Counted from the stretch's first letter, positions 10,201-20,262 are shown. The stretch is DNA of 64,000 nucleotides from Bdellovibrionales bacterium (GCA_964230645.1 CAXRHT010000001.1:352001-416000), one strand, 5' to 3'. Made by a program: numbers and translations. Notes: generated by a model not told the origin, from the sequence alone.

Positions 10201-11040
10201 ACCCATATCAAAAGTAATAATTTTATTTATCCCTCGCTTTTGAGCCGCCCGCAAAGCTCCCACAAGCCCTCCAGCAGGGCCAGAAAGAAGAGAGTTGTAG
10301 CCTTTGAGTTCCTCTGAAAAACAGAGATCCCCACTGGACTGCATATAAAGAAATTCATCCACATCAATTTTCGACTCAAGGTCTTCGGTGTACTGCTTCA
10401 AAAAAGGTGTGAGATTAGCATCGATAACAGAAGTCTCTGTTCTCATGATATAACGATTCTCCGGACTCACTCGGTGAGAAAGACTGATGTAATCAAACCC
10501 CAAATCCTTGGCAACTCTCTCAACAAGCAACTCGTGATCAGGAAACTTATTAGCATGCATAAAACTCACAGCAACAGATGAGATTCCTTTCTCAAGAATC
10601 CGCTCTAGTTCAAAACGAACAAGATCTTCATCAAGAGCTTTAATCACTTCCCCTTGAGCATTCACCCTTTCTTCTAGATGCGAGACCCAAGTATAAAGAG
10701 GCTTCTTTTTCTGAATATCCAACTCAAACAAATCCGGCCGATTCTGCTGCCGAATCTCCAAAACATCTTGCTGACCAAGGCTTGTCAGCAGCGCACAAGG
10801 CACTCCTTTTTTCTCTAAAAAAGCATTGGTTGCCACAGTGGTTCCAAGCCGAATAGAAGAAACCACATTCTTTAACTCCGAAGTCCCTGTCAGCTCAACA
10901 AGCCCCTGATAAACCGCTGACTCATAATGAGGAGAATGAGAAAGAAGCTTATGAACCTTCCTTTCCCCCGTTGGAGAAATCCCAACAATATCAGTAAACG
11001 TACCCCCACAATCAATCCAAAATACCCATTTTTTATCCAT
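7207..11040 (-). CDS. ATP-dependent 5-oxoprolinase (hydantoinase A+B) with C-terminal gamma-glutamylcyclotransferase domain
   Basis: IDCGGTFTD, GTTVATNA, DMGGTSTDV, APHIPVHLG, GTHLPDVT, GHHADIGG and ETPGGGGFG, followed in frame by IFCFGSNMD...LDKIEG (GGCT-like, 7207-7638). Confidence 0.9.
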   Translation of the reverse strand: MDKKWVFWIDCGGTFTDIVGISPTGERKVHKLLSHSPHYESAVYQGLVELTGTSELKNVVSSIRLGTTVATNAFLEKKGVPCALLTSLGQQDVLEIRQQNRPDLFELDIQKKKPLYTWVSHLEERVNAQGEVIKALDEDLVRFELERILEKGISSVAVSFMHANKFPDHELLVERVAKDLGFDYISLSHRVSPENRYIMRTETSVIDANLTPFLKQYTEDLESKIDVDEFLYMQSSGDLCFSEELKGYNSLLSGPAGGLVGALRAAQKRGINKIITFDMGGTSTDVALCNGAINLEHRANFHGFNFLSPMVDIHTVAAGGGSILKYDGSRFLVGPESAGANPGPACYRQGGPLTVTDANLFLGRLNPDQFPKVFGSDQNQGLDEEIVKEKFDELSKEVGVSPEEVAEGFLDVAVETMAKAIRKISIERGQDPSDYTLVSFGGAGGQMATRVAERLKIKSIFIHPLSSVLSAYGMGEAVQALSKKGPFERGFEKLKQEIRREASFEVTHWLRTYFLYSKGSDYIVPIEAEDKTEAEESFREHMKVVFGIDQEEEILCETISLKGEGKKTESTNEEEVEVDQTKEGPFKIEENNTTIVVEEAWKAKKNKEGEWFLEFQGKPDQTKPERIESVEMELFYQRFQFIAEQMGVSLKKLAQSVNIKERNDFSCALFNSKGELLSNAPHIPVHLGSMGDSVRAVRDQCEIKPGNSYICNDPTAGGTHLPDVTVVTPFFRDGKVFMWVASRGHHADIGGVSPGSMPAFSKKLSEEGVVISPQVLVDDGQFQEEKLRKLFSEGAYPTRNIDSNIFDIKAKIAANQKGLSELKDLTEQYGTEKIENQIESILSYSEKKLAEKLKDLKDQQVEKQMAPERKICLSLKKNNEKILFDFTGSSPQQESNFNAPKPVLKAAILFVLRSLVQESLPLNDGLFRSIKIKLPEDCFLNPKKGAAVVAGNVETSQSLCDLLFEAFGIKAHSQGTMNNLTFGTDNYQYYETLGGGSGATASGPGASSVQVNMTNSLLTDPEIFENRYPVLIELMGVRHGSGGVGKNRGGNGLIRKLRFLENMSVSFLSQSRNYAPRGIKGGSDGHTGRNFVEERGERKSLEECFEIDVKKEDRLVIETPGGGGFGEPTINRDNKIFCFGSNMDINQIKTRCPSARVHGRGCLNDYRLAYTRYSEKRQGGVADIVPSKGDQVYGVVVTLNNDDLKVLDKIEGGPLGFGAYKRVPITIVNDWGEKEEVEAYEVIDKEEHVEPSKFYRSLVYRGAFLLNAPSGYLEKSI

Positions 11041-11286
11041 AACTTTTTATAACGAACAACAAGAAACAAATCAAAACAAGCTAACCGCAAAGTTGTGAAG
11101 AATTTTACAAAATATCCCTTATCTCTCTTGAAAGCCTCAACCAATCGACAAATACGCATAAGGAAAAATGTTTCTGGAGAATTACTTTTCTAGAAAGAGT
11201 CTTTAAACAGTTACTATAAAGGAATCTTTGTTAAGAATTCACTTAAGATTAGGACATTGTGATTTATTGAAAAAAAAGAACTTCAA

Positions 11287-11460
11287 CGCCTTTCGCGTTT
11301 TCTCTTTGAAATTTGGATCGCATGAGACGGAGGCTCGAGCAGCGAGCGCTGCGTATCTCGGGCTGCGCAATGAAATTGCGCGGTCCGGGAGACGAAGTGC
11401 ACCCGAGTGCGTGCCTCCGGCCCATGCGCTCCAAATTTCAAAGAGAAAACGCGAAAGGCG
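11287..11460. repeat. Long hairpin element: 48-bp inverted arms (outer 31 bp perfect, 3 mismatches inside) enclosing three inner hairpins
   Basis: cgcctttcgcgttttctctttgaaatttgga / tccaaatttcaaagagaaaacgcgaaaggcg. Inner stems gcagcg/cgctgc, gcgcaat-gaa-attgcgc and gcac/gtgc. Confidence 0.9.
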
Positions 11461-11495
11461 CCCCCGAGCGTCTTTCCCACTAAATCCAAATCTTG

Positions 11496-13460
11496 TTAAA
11501 TTTCCTTAGCCAATCGACGAAGATCTTCTTCTGGTGGCGTAAGTCCATACTCCGCCCCCAAATAGCTTTCCATAAACCGAGAGATTTCCTGTTTCTTCTC
11601 AGGATACTCCCTTTGAGCACGAAGTAAGAAATCCCGTGGCCCTTCAAAGCTCTCTTTCTCAATTCCCTTTTTAGAAAGCCGATCACGCAAGAGAAAATAG
11701 GATTTCTGAGCAGAAGAGAGCTTCACTTCATTGCGCCGATTGCGATGACGAATCCACAAATAAAAGACCAATAGAATTAAGAGAGTCAAATAAACCAATA
11801 ATTTTTGATTAAGACCTTGAAGTCCCATTCGCTCAAAAAAGTCTCTTTGCCCTTGACGATCGTAGTTTAGTAAAAAGAGATTCCAACGAGTGGCAATGGC
11901 ATCAACAGCGAGGGCTGCTCTTTTGATAAAACCATCATTGAGTCCATCAAGAAAGCCTTCTCTACCCGCTTCGGCCAGCTCGCTTTCACTTAAAGAGTGA
12001 AAAACAGCTCCCCCAAGCTCCATTCTTAAAGGAGCCACCATAACTGTAGGGTCAAATCGAAGCCAACGATTTTTCTGATCCGACCAAATTTCCGTCCAAG
12101 CGTGTGCGTCTCGACTGGTGACAAGATAAAAGTTACTCATGGGGTTTTTCTGCCCCCCTTGAAACCCCACGACCACCCGGGAGGGCACCTTAGCTAGACG
12201 CATAAGGGCTGCGAAACTCACAGCAAAGTGTTCACAGAAACCCACTTTTTTCTCAAAGAGAAACTCACCGAGCTTCTCAGTTTCCATGGCTCCCGGACTG
12301 AGCGTATAGCGAAACTGTCTTTGGTAAAAAGTCATCAGTTTATTGGCTTTTTCTTCATTGTTCCATTCCGCCCTATTAAAGCTGGCGACAAGATCTAAAA
12401 CTCTTTGGTCGGTTTCTTCTGGAGCTTGTAAATATTTGTCTCGATCACTCTCACTTAACAAACTTTGACCTTCAGGAGAGGAAAACACTCGGTAGACAAT
12501 TTTTTTATTCTGCTCTTTTAAAAGTCGAAAAGTTTCGCCCTCGACTTTCTTGGTTTTTCTTTGCAAAAAAGGACTATTGTGAACAACTCGAAGGGGACGA
12601 TCAAGACCAAAAAGCCATTTTTCAAAGAAAGGCTCTAGCAGAATTTCTTGCTCAAATCTCTTGGTTTTTTCCGAAATCGAATCGTTTTGGATCGGTTCGA
12701 TCCTCCCCTTTTCCCAGCGCATTCCGCTGTTGACGGTGAGCACACCTCCGCGCCAATATAGATCCATTCTTGATGGTTCTTTGACTGGAAATGTCACTCG
12801 AAAAGCTTCTTGATCTTGCTGAATGAGTTCTGAAAAGCTCCCAGGCTTCATAGTGTCACTAAAACCGTTAAGTTGGCTCTGCTTCCTGGCTCCTCCGATA
12901 AAACCCGTTGAGAAACGTGGAAAAACAAAAAATAGAAGAATCATAAACGGCGCAATTTGAAAGAAGAGTTTAAACCCCGTTTTCAACAATAGTTGTGGAT
13001 CAAAGCGCACCTGTGAGCCGTTATGAAGTTGCACTAAAAGTGCGGTAGTAATCACCAGGTCAAACAATGCGAAAATCGTCATCCCAAGTGACTGTGATTC
13101 AAAGAAGCGCGCGAGCAGCAGCATGAAATTTAAGAACAAAAGCACCATTGCATCGCGATATCCGACTCGGTCGATAAGTTTTAACGAGACCGCACAAATC
13201 AAAAGGGCCGAACCCGCTTCAAGACCTAAAATCTGCCCGTAGTTTTGATAGACTAAAAAGGATAATGTAAAGACAAGCCCCAACTTGGTGAACCAATTAG
13301 GTAGTGGCACGTATTGAAATTCATAGAGAAGTCGCCAGAGAAGGCATATCCCACCCACAGCCAAAGTGGGAACTGTATAAGTGGTAAAATGAGGAATAAG
13401 ATTTAGAGCTACCAAAAAAATAAGACTTAAATGAAAAAAGCGATTCGGAGCTGGGGTCAT
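11496..13460 (-). CDS. tgpA: Membrane transglutaminase-like protein (DUF3488 + TGase core, TgpA-like)
   Basis: N-terminal TM helices; GFCEHFA, RVVVGFQGG, AHAWTE, RFDPT. ATG 13460 overlaps the DUF58 stop (ATGA). Confidence 0.85.
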   Translation of the reverse strand: MTPAPNRFFHLSLIFLVALNLIPHFTTYTVPTLAVGGICLLWRLLYEFQYVPLPNWFTKLGLVFTLSFLVYQNYGQILGLEAGSALLICAVSLKLIDRVGYRDAMVLLFLNFMLLLARFFESQSLGMTIFALFDLVITTALLVQLHNGSQVRFDPQLLLKTGFKLFFQIAPFMILLFFVFPRFSTGFIGGARKQSQLNGFSDTMKPGSFSELIQQDQEAFRVTFPVKEPSRMDLYWRGGVLTVNSGMRWEKGRIEPIQNDSISEKTKRFEQEILLEPFFEKWLFGLDRPLRVVHNSPFLQRKTKKVEGETFRLLKEQNKKIVYRVFSSPEGQSLLSESDRDKYLQAPEETDQRVLDLVASFNRAEWNNEEKANKLMTFYQRQFRYTLSPGAMETEKLGEFLFEKKVGFCEHFAVSFAALMRLAKVPSRVVVGFQGGQKNPMSNFYLVTSRDAHAWTEIWSDQKNRWLRFDPTVMVAPLRMELGGAVFHSLSESELAEAGREGFLDGLNDGFIKRAALAVDAIATRWNLFLLNYDRQGQRDFFERMGLQGLNQKLLVYLTLLILLVFYLWIRHRNRRNEVKLSSAQKSYFLLRDRLSKKGIEKESFEGPRDFLLRAQREYPEKKQEISRFMESYLGAEYGLTPPEEDLRRLAKEI

Positions 13461-14350
13461 TCCACCACCCTTTGCTGAGCTAAGACTTTTAAGCATTCTG
13501 TTTTATGTTGAGGACCGTGGCTCGCAGCAACCCTCTTACCGCGGATGTTCATAGCATACGAGATATTTTCGTCATGACACTCATGAATCCATTTTGACAT
13601 TTGCCTCAAGCGAATCTCTTCATCCCCTTTGGCTTGTGAATAGTCGACAAGAAAAGTCTGCCTTTCGCCCTCTTCAAACTTTTTCGCTAATAGTGGTCGC
13701 CCCCTTGCAAAAGCCTTCCAGTCAATATGCCTGTGAGAGTCTCCCCATTCATATTTCTTGTGCTCTGAGAAATCATCTCCGTTATTTTTTTGCACCACAC
13801 CCTCATCCTGCCCCTCAGGCTGAAATTCGGAAATCGACTGATTTCCCCTTGGTGCGGGATAGATATAGTAGGTTTCATCGACCTTAAAATGGCGCCAAAC
13901 ATAGAAAAAACCAAAGGGATACCGAGTTGAAATAGATATCTTATCAATTTTTTTCTTACCCCAAGTTGAGGTCTTAAAGTCAAAGTATTGCGGGTGGAGG
14001 GACTTTTTATAGATAATCTCTATAGGAAAATCGATTTTATCCCCATTCATTTCGGCTTGTACCCGCAACTGAGAATGACCTTCTGTATTCTCACTTTTTA
14101 GCCACAAAACTCCGTGACCCGTGGATTCGCTGGCAGAAAGAAAAAGTTTAATCTTTTCTAATTTTATATTTTTTAAATTCGAGTGAGTTTGAACCATTCC
14201 TATAAGGAACAGGGCCACCAAAAAAAAGCATAAGATAAAAGCAAGGTTATTGTTGTAAACAGCCCCGCCTACAAGACTTACAAAAATACCCGCTCCATAC
14301 ATAAAGCCGTATTCTGTTGGTACAATGTAAATCTTTTCACGCTTTCTCAT
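13457..14350 (-). CDS. DUF58 domain protein
   Basis: TRYPFGFF, YPAP, GDDFSEHKKYEWGDSHRHIDWKAFARG; lies between moxR and the transglutaminase gene. Confidence 0.88.
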   Translation of the reverse strand: MRKREKIYIVPTEYGFMYGAGIFVSLVGGAVYNNNLAFILCFFLVALFLIGMVQTHSNLKNIKLEKIKLFLSASESTGHGVLWLKSENTEGHSQLRVQAEMNGDKIDFPIEIIYKKSLHPQYFDFKTSTWGKKKIDKISISTRYPFGFFYVWRHFKVDETYYIYPAPRGNQSISEFQPEGQDEGVVQKNNGDDFSEHKKYEWGDSHRHIDWKAFARGRPLLAKKFEEGERQTFLVDYSQAKGDEEIRLRQMSKWIHECHDENISYAMNIRGKRVAASHGPQHKTECLKVLAQQRVVE

Positions 14351-15279
14351 GGGATCGGTACGGAATGAATGATTTCCTGAGCTAATTGATGGGTGCTTTT
14401 TTCACCGAGATCTTCATGACTTCTTAAGCGATGATTCATTACCGCAACACCTACAGCTTGATAATCCTCGGGGATGACGAAATTTCGTCCTTCGATAAAT
14501 GCGTGGGCCTTGGCGGCTTTATTAAAATCTCTCGCTCCACGTGGTGAAAGTCCCCAGGAAAGTGTTCGGCTTTTTTCAACAATGTCTTGTAGATAGTCTA
14601 ATGAGGAATCTGACACCGTTACTAGATCGATCTGCTCAATCATTTCAATCAAATCCTGCGGAGTCATCACGGGCTTAAGCTCTTTGATCCAAAGATTGCG
14701 ATCACGCCCTCTTAAAATCCCTTTTTCGGCTTCGCGGCTAGGAAAACCCAATTCCAAACGCATTAGGAAGCGATCCAATTGCGATTCTGGCAGAGGAAAG
14801 GTTCCGATACTTTCCTGAGGATTTTGTGTGGCTATAAGGAAAAAGGGTCTGGGAAGCTCGTAAACGTGCCCATCCATAGTCACCTGTTTTTCTTCCATAG
14901 CTTGCAGGCAAGCACTTTGTGTTTTTGGGGTGGCCCGGTTGATTTCATCGGCAAGCACGAAGTTTGAAAACAAAGGACCTTTGTGAAAATTAAAGGTCTG
15001 GGAGTTTTTATTGAAAATCGGTGTTCCTAAAATATCGGCTGGAAGAAGATCATTGGTAAATTGAATTCTTTGCTCTTCAAGACCTAAGAGTTTGGAAATA
15101 GTTTTTACTAAACTCGTCTTTCCCATTCCAGGGCGGTCTTCCAATATAAAATGGCCGCCGGCTAGTAAACAGGTCACACACAATTTGACTGTTTGTTTTT
15201 TATCGACGATGACTTCGTCGATTTGATTGACAAGTTCTTGAATTTTTTTTGCAGAGCTTGAAGCGTCAATTTTTTCCAT
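14347..15279 (-). CDS. moxR: MoxR family AAA+ ATPase
   Basis: PGMGKT, RIQFTNDLLPAD, LADEINRATPKTQSA, GTFPLPESQLDRF. Confidence 0.95.
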   Translation of the reverse strand: MEKIDASSSAKKIQELVNQIDEVIVDKKQTVKLCVTCLLAGGHFILEDRPGMGKTSLVKTISKLLGLEEQRIQFTNDLLPADILGTPIFNKNSQTFNFHKGPLFSNFVLADEINRATPKTQSACLQAMEEKQVTMDGHVYELPRPFFLIATQNPQESIGTFPLPESQLDRFLMRLELGFPSREAEKGILRGRDRNLWIKELKPVMTPQDLIEMIEQIDLVTVSDSSLDYLQDIVEKSRTLSWGLSPRGARDFNKAAKAHAFIEGRNFVIPEDYQAVGVAVMNHRLRSHEDLGEKSTHQLAQEIIHSVPIP

Positions 15280-15331
15280 GTTTCACCTATGCTGCCGTCA
15301 CTTAAGTTGAGCGGCAAAGGTGAGGCATCAA

Positions 15332-17059
15332 TCAACCATCATATTCCGTCTTGAGATCCGTAATCAAAAGCTGCAGATTCTCTTTTCCCATATAAAAGTT
15401 GATCGACGGCTCTCCCACGAGGCTAACTCGCTTTGAGGTTAGTTGCCGCTTTTCATCGATGTTATCGGCAAAAAACCACAAAGCATCAATTTTATTTCCC
15501 TGCACATCTTTAAGACTCAGCTTCAGATGCTTTTCCTTAAGAACCCTTGTGGAGGCAACAAAGAGATGATTGAGGCGAAGGATGGGTGGCTTGAATCCAA
15601 CCCCATAGGGTTCAAGTTTTTTGAGCCAATAAGTGAAACGATGATCCAACTCGTCTAAGGTCGCTGTAAAATCATACTGCACCACCGCCTTTGGTCGGTG
15701 CTGATTTTCATAAAAAGCGTGAAGTCTGGCTTTGAAGTCCTCTGCATTTTCCAAGGGGAGTTCAAATCCAGCCGCTTGCTTATGGCCCCCGAATTGGGTG
15801 AGACTTTCGCTCGCTGCTTCGAAGGCTTCTAAAAGATTCATACCTTTTGGAGCCCTTGCACTGCCTACAATTTTATTGTCGATCACAGAACCCACAAAAC
15901 TGGGAACACTATGTTTTTTGGTAATCTTTGTTGCCAGTAACCCTACAATCCCCTTGTAAAAATCTTTTGAATACTCAAACACAAAGGAGAAGTCTTCGCT
16001 CTGCACGGCAAGCTTTGCTTCAATTAAGGCTTGTCCCTGAGCCTGAATCTCTGTTCGGCTTTTCTGGGCCCTCATAGTGTGTACGACTTTTTCTTTGGCA
16101 TCCTCTGGATCTGTGGCCAAGAACAAATCCAAGGCTTGCACTTCCGAATTCATTCGCCCTAAGGCATTGAGCTTCGGAGAAAGAGAAATGGCCACGTCAC
16201 TTGAGGTTAAACCTTTTCCTGCCAGGCCCAATTCTTCCATAAGGGCTCTTAAACCCAAACGGTCGGTTCGCGATAAATTTAATAGTCCATGTTTAACCAA
16301 GGCACGATTTTCTTTCACCAGAGGGACCATATCGGTCAAAGTCGCAATGGCAAAACAGTCCAACAAAATTTTAGGGTCAAAGTCTTTTTCAAGAAGCCTT
16401 AGTTCTTTCATCTTACGTCTCAGACCTAAAACAAGGTAAAAGGCTACCCCAGTTCCACAAAGATGACCAAGATCCGAAGAGCAGGCCCCTTGGTTCGGAT
16501 TAACAATCGCATAAGCCTCCGGTAGAACCTCTTTGGGTTGGTGATGATCAGTAATAATAAAATCAACACCACGCTCGCTGGCAGCGCTCACAGCATCAAC
16601 GGCTGTGATGCCAACATCGATTGTTACAAATAGGTCGATCCCGTGCTGGTCGATAAACTCTTCCACGATTTCGCGATGAACACCATAACCGTCATCAAAC
16701 CGATTGGGCTGAAAAGAAAGAAGGTTTTCAAAACCACAGAGCTGCAAACCTCGAATTAGAAGTGCTAAGCCTGGTGTGCCATCCATATCGAAATCGGCAT
16801 AAAGGCAGATTTTTTCATCATTTTTAAAGGCATGGATCAGGCGCTCAACCGCCCTTTCAAGATCTTTCAAAAGCGAGGGATCCCGCAAGTCTTTAAGACT
16901 AAACTCACTGAAACTGCGGAACTGCTGGTACTCACCAAGGCCTTTGGAGTCCATCCAGCGACGCACAACCAAAGGTATTTCTTCAGGCCAATCTTGGGAT
17001 GTATTCGAGGAGGGCTCTACCTCCTCCCAGTGTTGCATGGAAATGGAAAGTCCCCCCAA
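15332..17059 (-). CDS. recJ: Single-stranded DNA exonuclease RecJ (start possibly ATG 17038)
   Basis: DFDMDG, ITDHH, DMVPL..ENR, GSAR, FGGHKQAAG. Confidence 0.95.
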   Translation of the reverse strand: MGGLSISMQHWEEVEPSSNTSQDWPEEIPLVVRRWMDSKGLGEYQQFRSFSEFSLKDLRDPSLLKDLERAVERLIHAFKNDEKICLYADFDMDGTPGLALLIRGLQLCGFENLLSFQPNRFDDGYGVHREIVEEFIDQHGIDLFVTIDVGITAVDAVSAASERGVDFIITDHHQPKEVLPEAYAIVNPNQGACSSDLGHLCGTGVAFYLVLGLRRKMKELRLLEKDFDPKILLDCFAIATLTDMVPLVKENRALVKHGLLNLSRTDRLGLRALMEELGLAGKGLTSSDVAISLSPKLNALGRMNSEVQALDLFLATDPEDAKEKVVHTMRAQKSRTEIQAQGQALIEAKLAVQSEDFSFVFEYSKDFYKGIVGLLATKITKKHSVPSFVGSVIDNKIVGSARAPKGMNLLEAFEAASESLTQFGGHKQAAGFELPLENAEDFKARLHAFYENQHRPKAVVQYDFTATLDELDHRFTYWLKKLEPYGVGFKPPILRLNHLFVASTRVLKEKHLKLSLKDVQGNKIDALWFFADNIDEKRQLTSKRVSLVGEPSINFYMGKENLQLLITDLKTEYDG

Positions 17060-17068
17060 TAGTTTTTA

Positions 17069-18025
<957 letters not shown>

Positions 18026-18028
18026 TCC

Positions 18029-19753
18029 TTAGGGTGAAATTTTCAGTTTAAGTTTACCAACTAGTAAATTCAAAATCGTGCGTGTGAAGAAAATCGCTGT
18101 AAACATCGAAGTGATAATTCCGACAAGTAGTGTGACAGCAAATCCACGAATAGGACCCGTTCCGAAATACATAAGGACCACACAGACCGCAGCGGTGGTA
18201 ACGTTGGCATCAAGAATGGCCGTGAAAGCTCTTGCGTACCCCTCTTTGATGGCTCCAGCAAGACCGGCTCCTTTTGCGATTTCTTCTTTGATTCTTTCAA
18301 AAATGATAACGTTAGCATCAACTGCCATACCGATGGTCAACACAATACCGGCCACTCCAGGCAAGGTCAAAGTGGCTTGAAGGGAGGTAAGAATGGCGAG
18401 AATCATAAGAATGTTAAATCCAAGAGCCATGTCGGCAAGGATTCCATAAGACCTGTAATAAATAATCATAAAAAAGAAAACCAGAACAGCTCCGATGAGA
18501 CCTGCAAACTTTCCTTTCTCAATCGAGTCTTTCCCTAGGGTTGGTCCCACTGTTCTTTCTTCAAGTTGCTCTAAATTAGCTGGCAAGGCTCCAGAACGAA
18601 GAACCATAGCCGTCAAGTTGGCGTCATCCATTACTTTTTGACGGTCTCCAGAGGAGTTCATCTCAATAGAGCCTCGTCCACCTGTGATCGGCTCAGTTAA
18701 ACGAGGGGCTGACTGAACCACTCCATCAAGAACAATGGCCATCAATTTCTCAACATGTTTAGTCGTGAGGTCACCAAACTCTTTGGCACCTTTAGCATCA
18801 AAAGAAAAGACAACTATAGGCTGCCCTACTTGGTTGAGCGTCACAGCCGCGTCGTTCAGAGACTCTCCACCCATCATGGCATCGGTTTGTAGAACGTAAG
18901 GAATTTTTCCAGCTTCTAAAGTTTTTGCATTCTCCGCTTTTTGAAAACGCACAACACGGTCTTTAGGGAGACGGTCTTTTAAAGCCTCATCCATCTTCTT
19001 TATATAGTCAGAATAACCAAGCCCTTCTTGTCCGAGGGAAAAGTTTTTTTGCTCCTCAGCTTCTTTCACCCAGGTTTGTAATTGTTCAAACTTTGCGGTT
19101 CCCATCATGAACTCCGGGTCCCAGATCATGAAAGAGAGCTTCGCTGTTTTATTGATAAGCTCTTTGGCCTGGGAGGAGTCTTGCACCCCTGGGAGCTGCA
19201 CAAGAATACGGTTGTCACTTTGAGCAGCGATCGTTGGCTCTTTTACTCCGAACTCATCAATACGATTTCGAATGGTTTCAATGGTTCGGTCCACAAGACT
19301 CTTTTTAAAGTTTCGCATTTCGGCTTCGTAGAAACGAGACTCTATATATTGGTCAGTGACCTCAAGCGTTTGGAAGGTTCTCCCCTGCCCGTAGCTTGAG
19401 TCCTCCATATAGGACACAATCTTTTCGCGGTCCGCGGGATTTTTGAAGAAAAATCGCACACGGCCTTCACTGGGATCAATAATTTTGACATCCCCCAGTT
19501 CCACACCTTGCTCGTCTTTTAAAACCTGCTTCATGGAGTAGCTCAGTTTATTGATTCGAGCTTCTACGGCATCTTCAACGTCGATGCCTAGAACAAGGTG
19601 AAGACCACCCTGGATATCGAGTCCGTAGGACAGTTTATCTTGGCTCGGCCACCACATTCCTGATGTGTTCACAAAGTTCGGCATTGTCCAAGCCAAACAA
19701 ATCAGAAAAACCACGGCCACCACTGCGAGTCGCGCATTTAAATTTTCAAACAT
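18029..19753 (-). CDS. secD: Protein translocase subunit SecD
   Basis: GLDIQGG, IRNRIDEFGV, LRSGALPA, GMAVDANVIIFERIKEE. Confidence 0.97.
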   Translation of the reverse strand: MFENLNARLAVVAVVFLICLAWTMPNFVNTSGMWWPSQDKLSYGLDIQGGLHLVLGIDVEDAVEARINKLSYSMKQVLKDEQGVELGDVKIIDPSEGRVRFFFKNPADREKIVSYMEDSSYGQGRTFQTLEVTDQYIESRFYEAEMRNFKKSLVDRTIETIRNRIDEFGVKEPTIAAQSDNRILVQLPGVQDSSQAKELINKTAKLSFMIWDPEFMMGTAKFEQLQTWVKEAEEQKNFSLGQEGLGYSDYIKKMDEALKDRLPKDRVVRFQKAENAKTLEAGKIPYVLQTDAMMGGESLNDAAVTLNQVGQPIVVFSFDAKGAKEFGDLTTKHVEKLMAIVLDGVVQSAPRLTEPITGGRGSIEMNSSGDRQKVMDDANLTAMVLRSGALPANLEQLEERTVGPTLGKDSIEKGKFAGLIGAVLVFFFMIIYYRSYGILADMALGFNILMILAILTSLQATLTLPGVAGIVLTIGMAVDANVIIFERIKEEIAKGAGLAGAIKEGYARAFTAILDANVTTAAVCVVLMYFGTGPIRGFAVTLLVGIITSMFTAIFFTRTILNLLVGKLKLKISP

Positions 19754-19756
19754 TTT

Positions 19757-20098
19757 TTAACCTTCCTTAACAGGTTGGGAGACATGGGCTTTTAGGACCC
19801 GAATGCTCACATCATCTGCGATTTCCAGTTTGACGTATTTGTCAGTTAGACCTTCAATCGTCCCGAAAATTCCACTACTTGTCAAAACTCTGTCGCCTTT
19901 CTTAAGCTTTTGTAAAAACTCTTGGTGAGTTTTCTGCTTTTTGATCTGCGGTCTCATCATTAAAAAATAAAAGATGAAAAACATCACCAAAAAGGGAACA
20001 GCCTGAATTAAGAACCCGGGGCTTTCTCCTGCGGTTTCTGCCTGAGCCATTAAGGGCTCCGTCAAGAATACTAAAAACAACATTGAGACACGACTCAC
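19757..20098 (-). CDS. yajC: Preprotein translocase subunit YajC
   Basis: FYFLMMRPQ, LKKGDRVLTSSGIFG; AAGGAGG SD before the GTG start. Confidence 0.95.
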   Translation of the reverse strand: MSRVSMLFLVFLTEPLMAQAETAGESPGFLIQAVPFLVMFFIFYFLMMRPQIKKQKTHQEFLQKLKKGDRVLTSSGIFGTIEGLTDKYVKLEIADDVSIRVLKAHVSQPVKEG

Positions 20099-20148
20099 TC
20101 GTCCTCCTTGGGCATAGGAAATTAAGTAAACCCACTACTGGCTTGACG

Positions 20149-20262
20149 TGTCGTCTTGAGCCCTCAAATATCTTGAGCTTTCAAACATGTCGTCTGAGCA
20201 TTCAACATGTCGTCTTGAGCGAAGCGAAAGACCTAAGATCCTTCGGCCGCGCTCAGGATGAC
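20149..20262. repeat. TGTC-tagged REP pair with stuttered partial copies
   Basis: Repeated tgtcgtc(t)tgagc units, then gaagcgaaagacct-aagatccttcggccgcgctcaggatgac. Confidence 0.75.

Noticed and set aside
11496..15279. moxR-DUF58-transglutaminase triad as a novel system
   Set aside because: A known, widespread gene arrangement.
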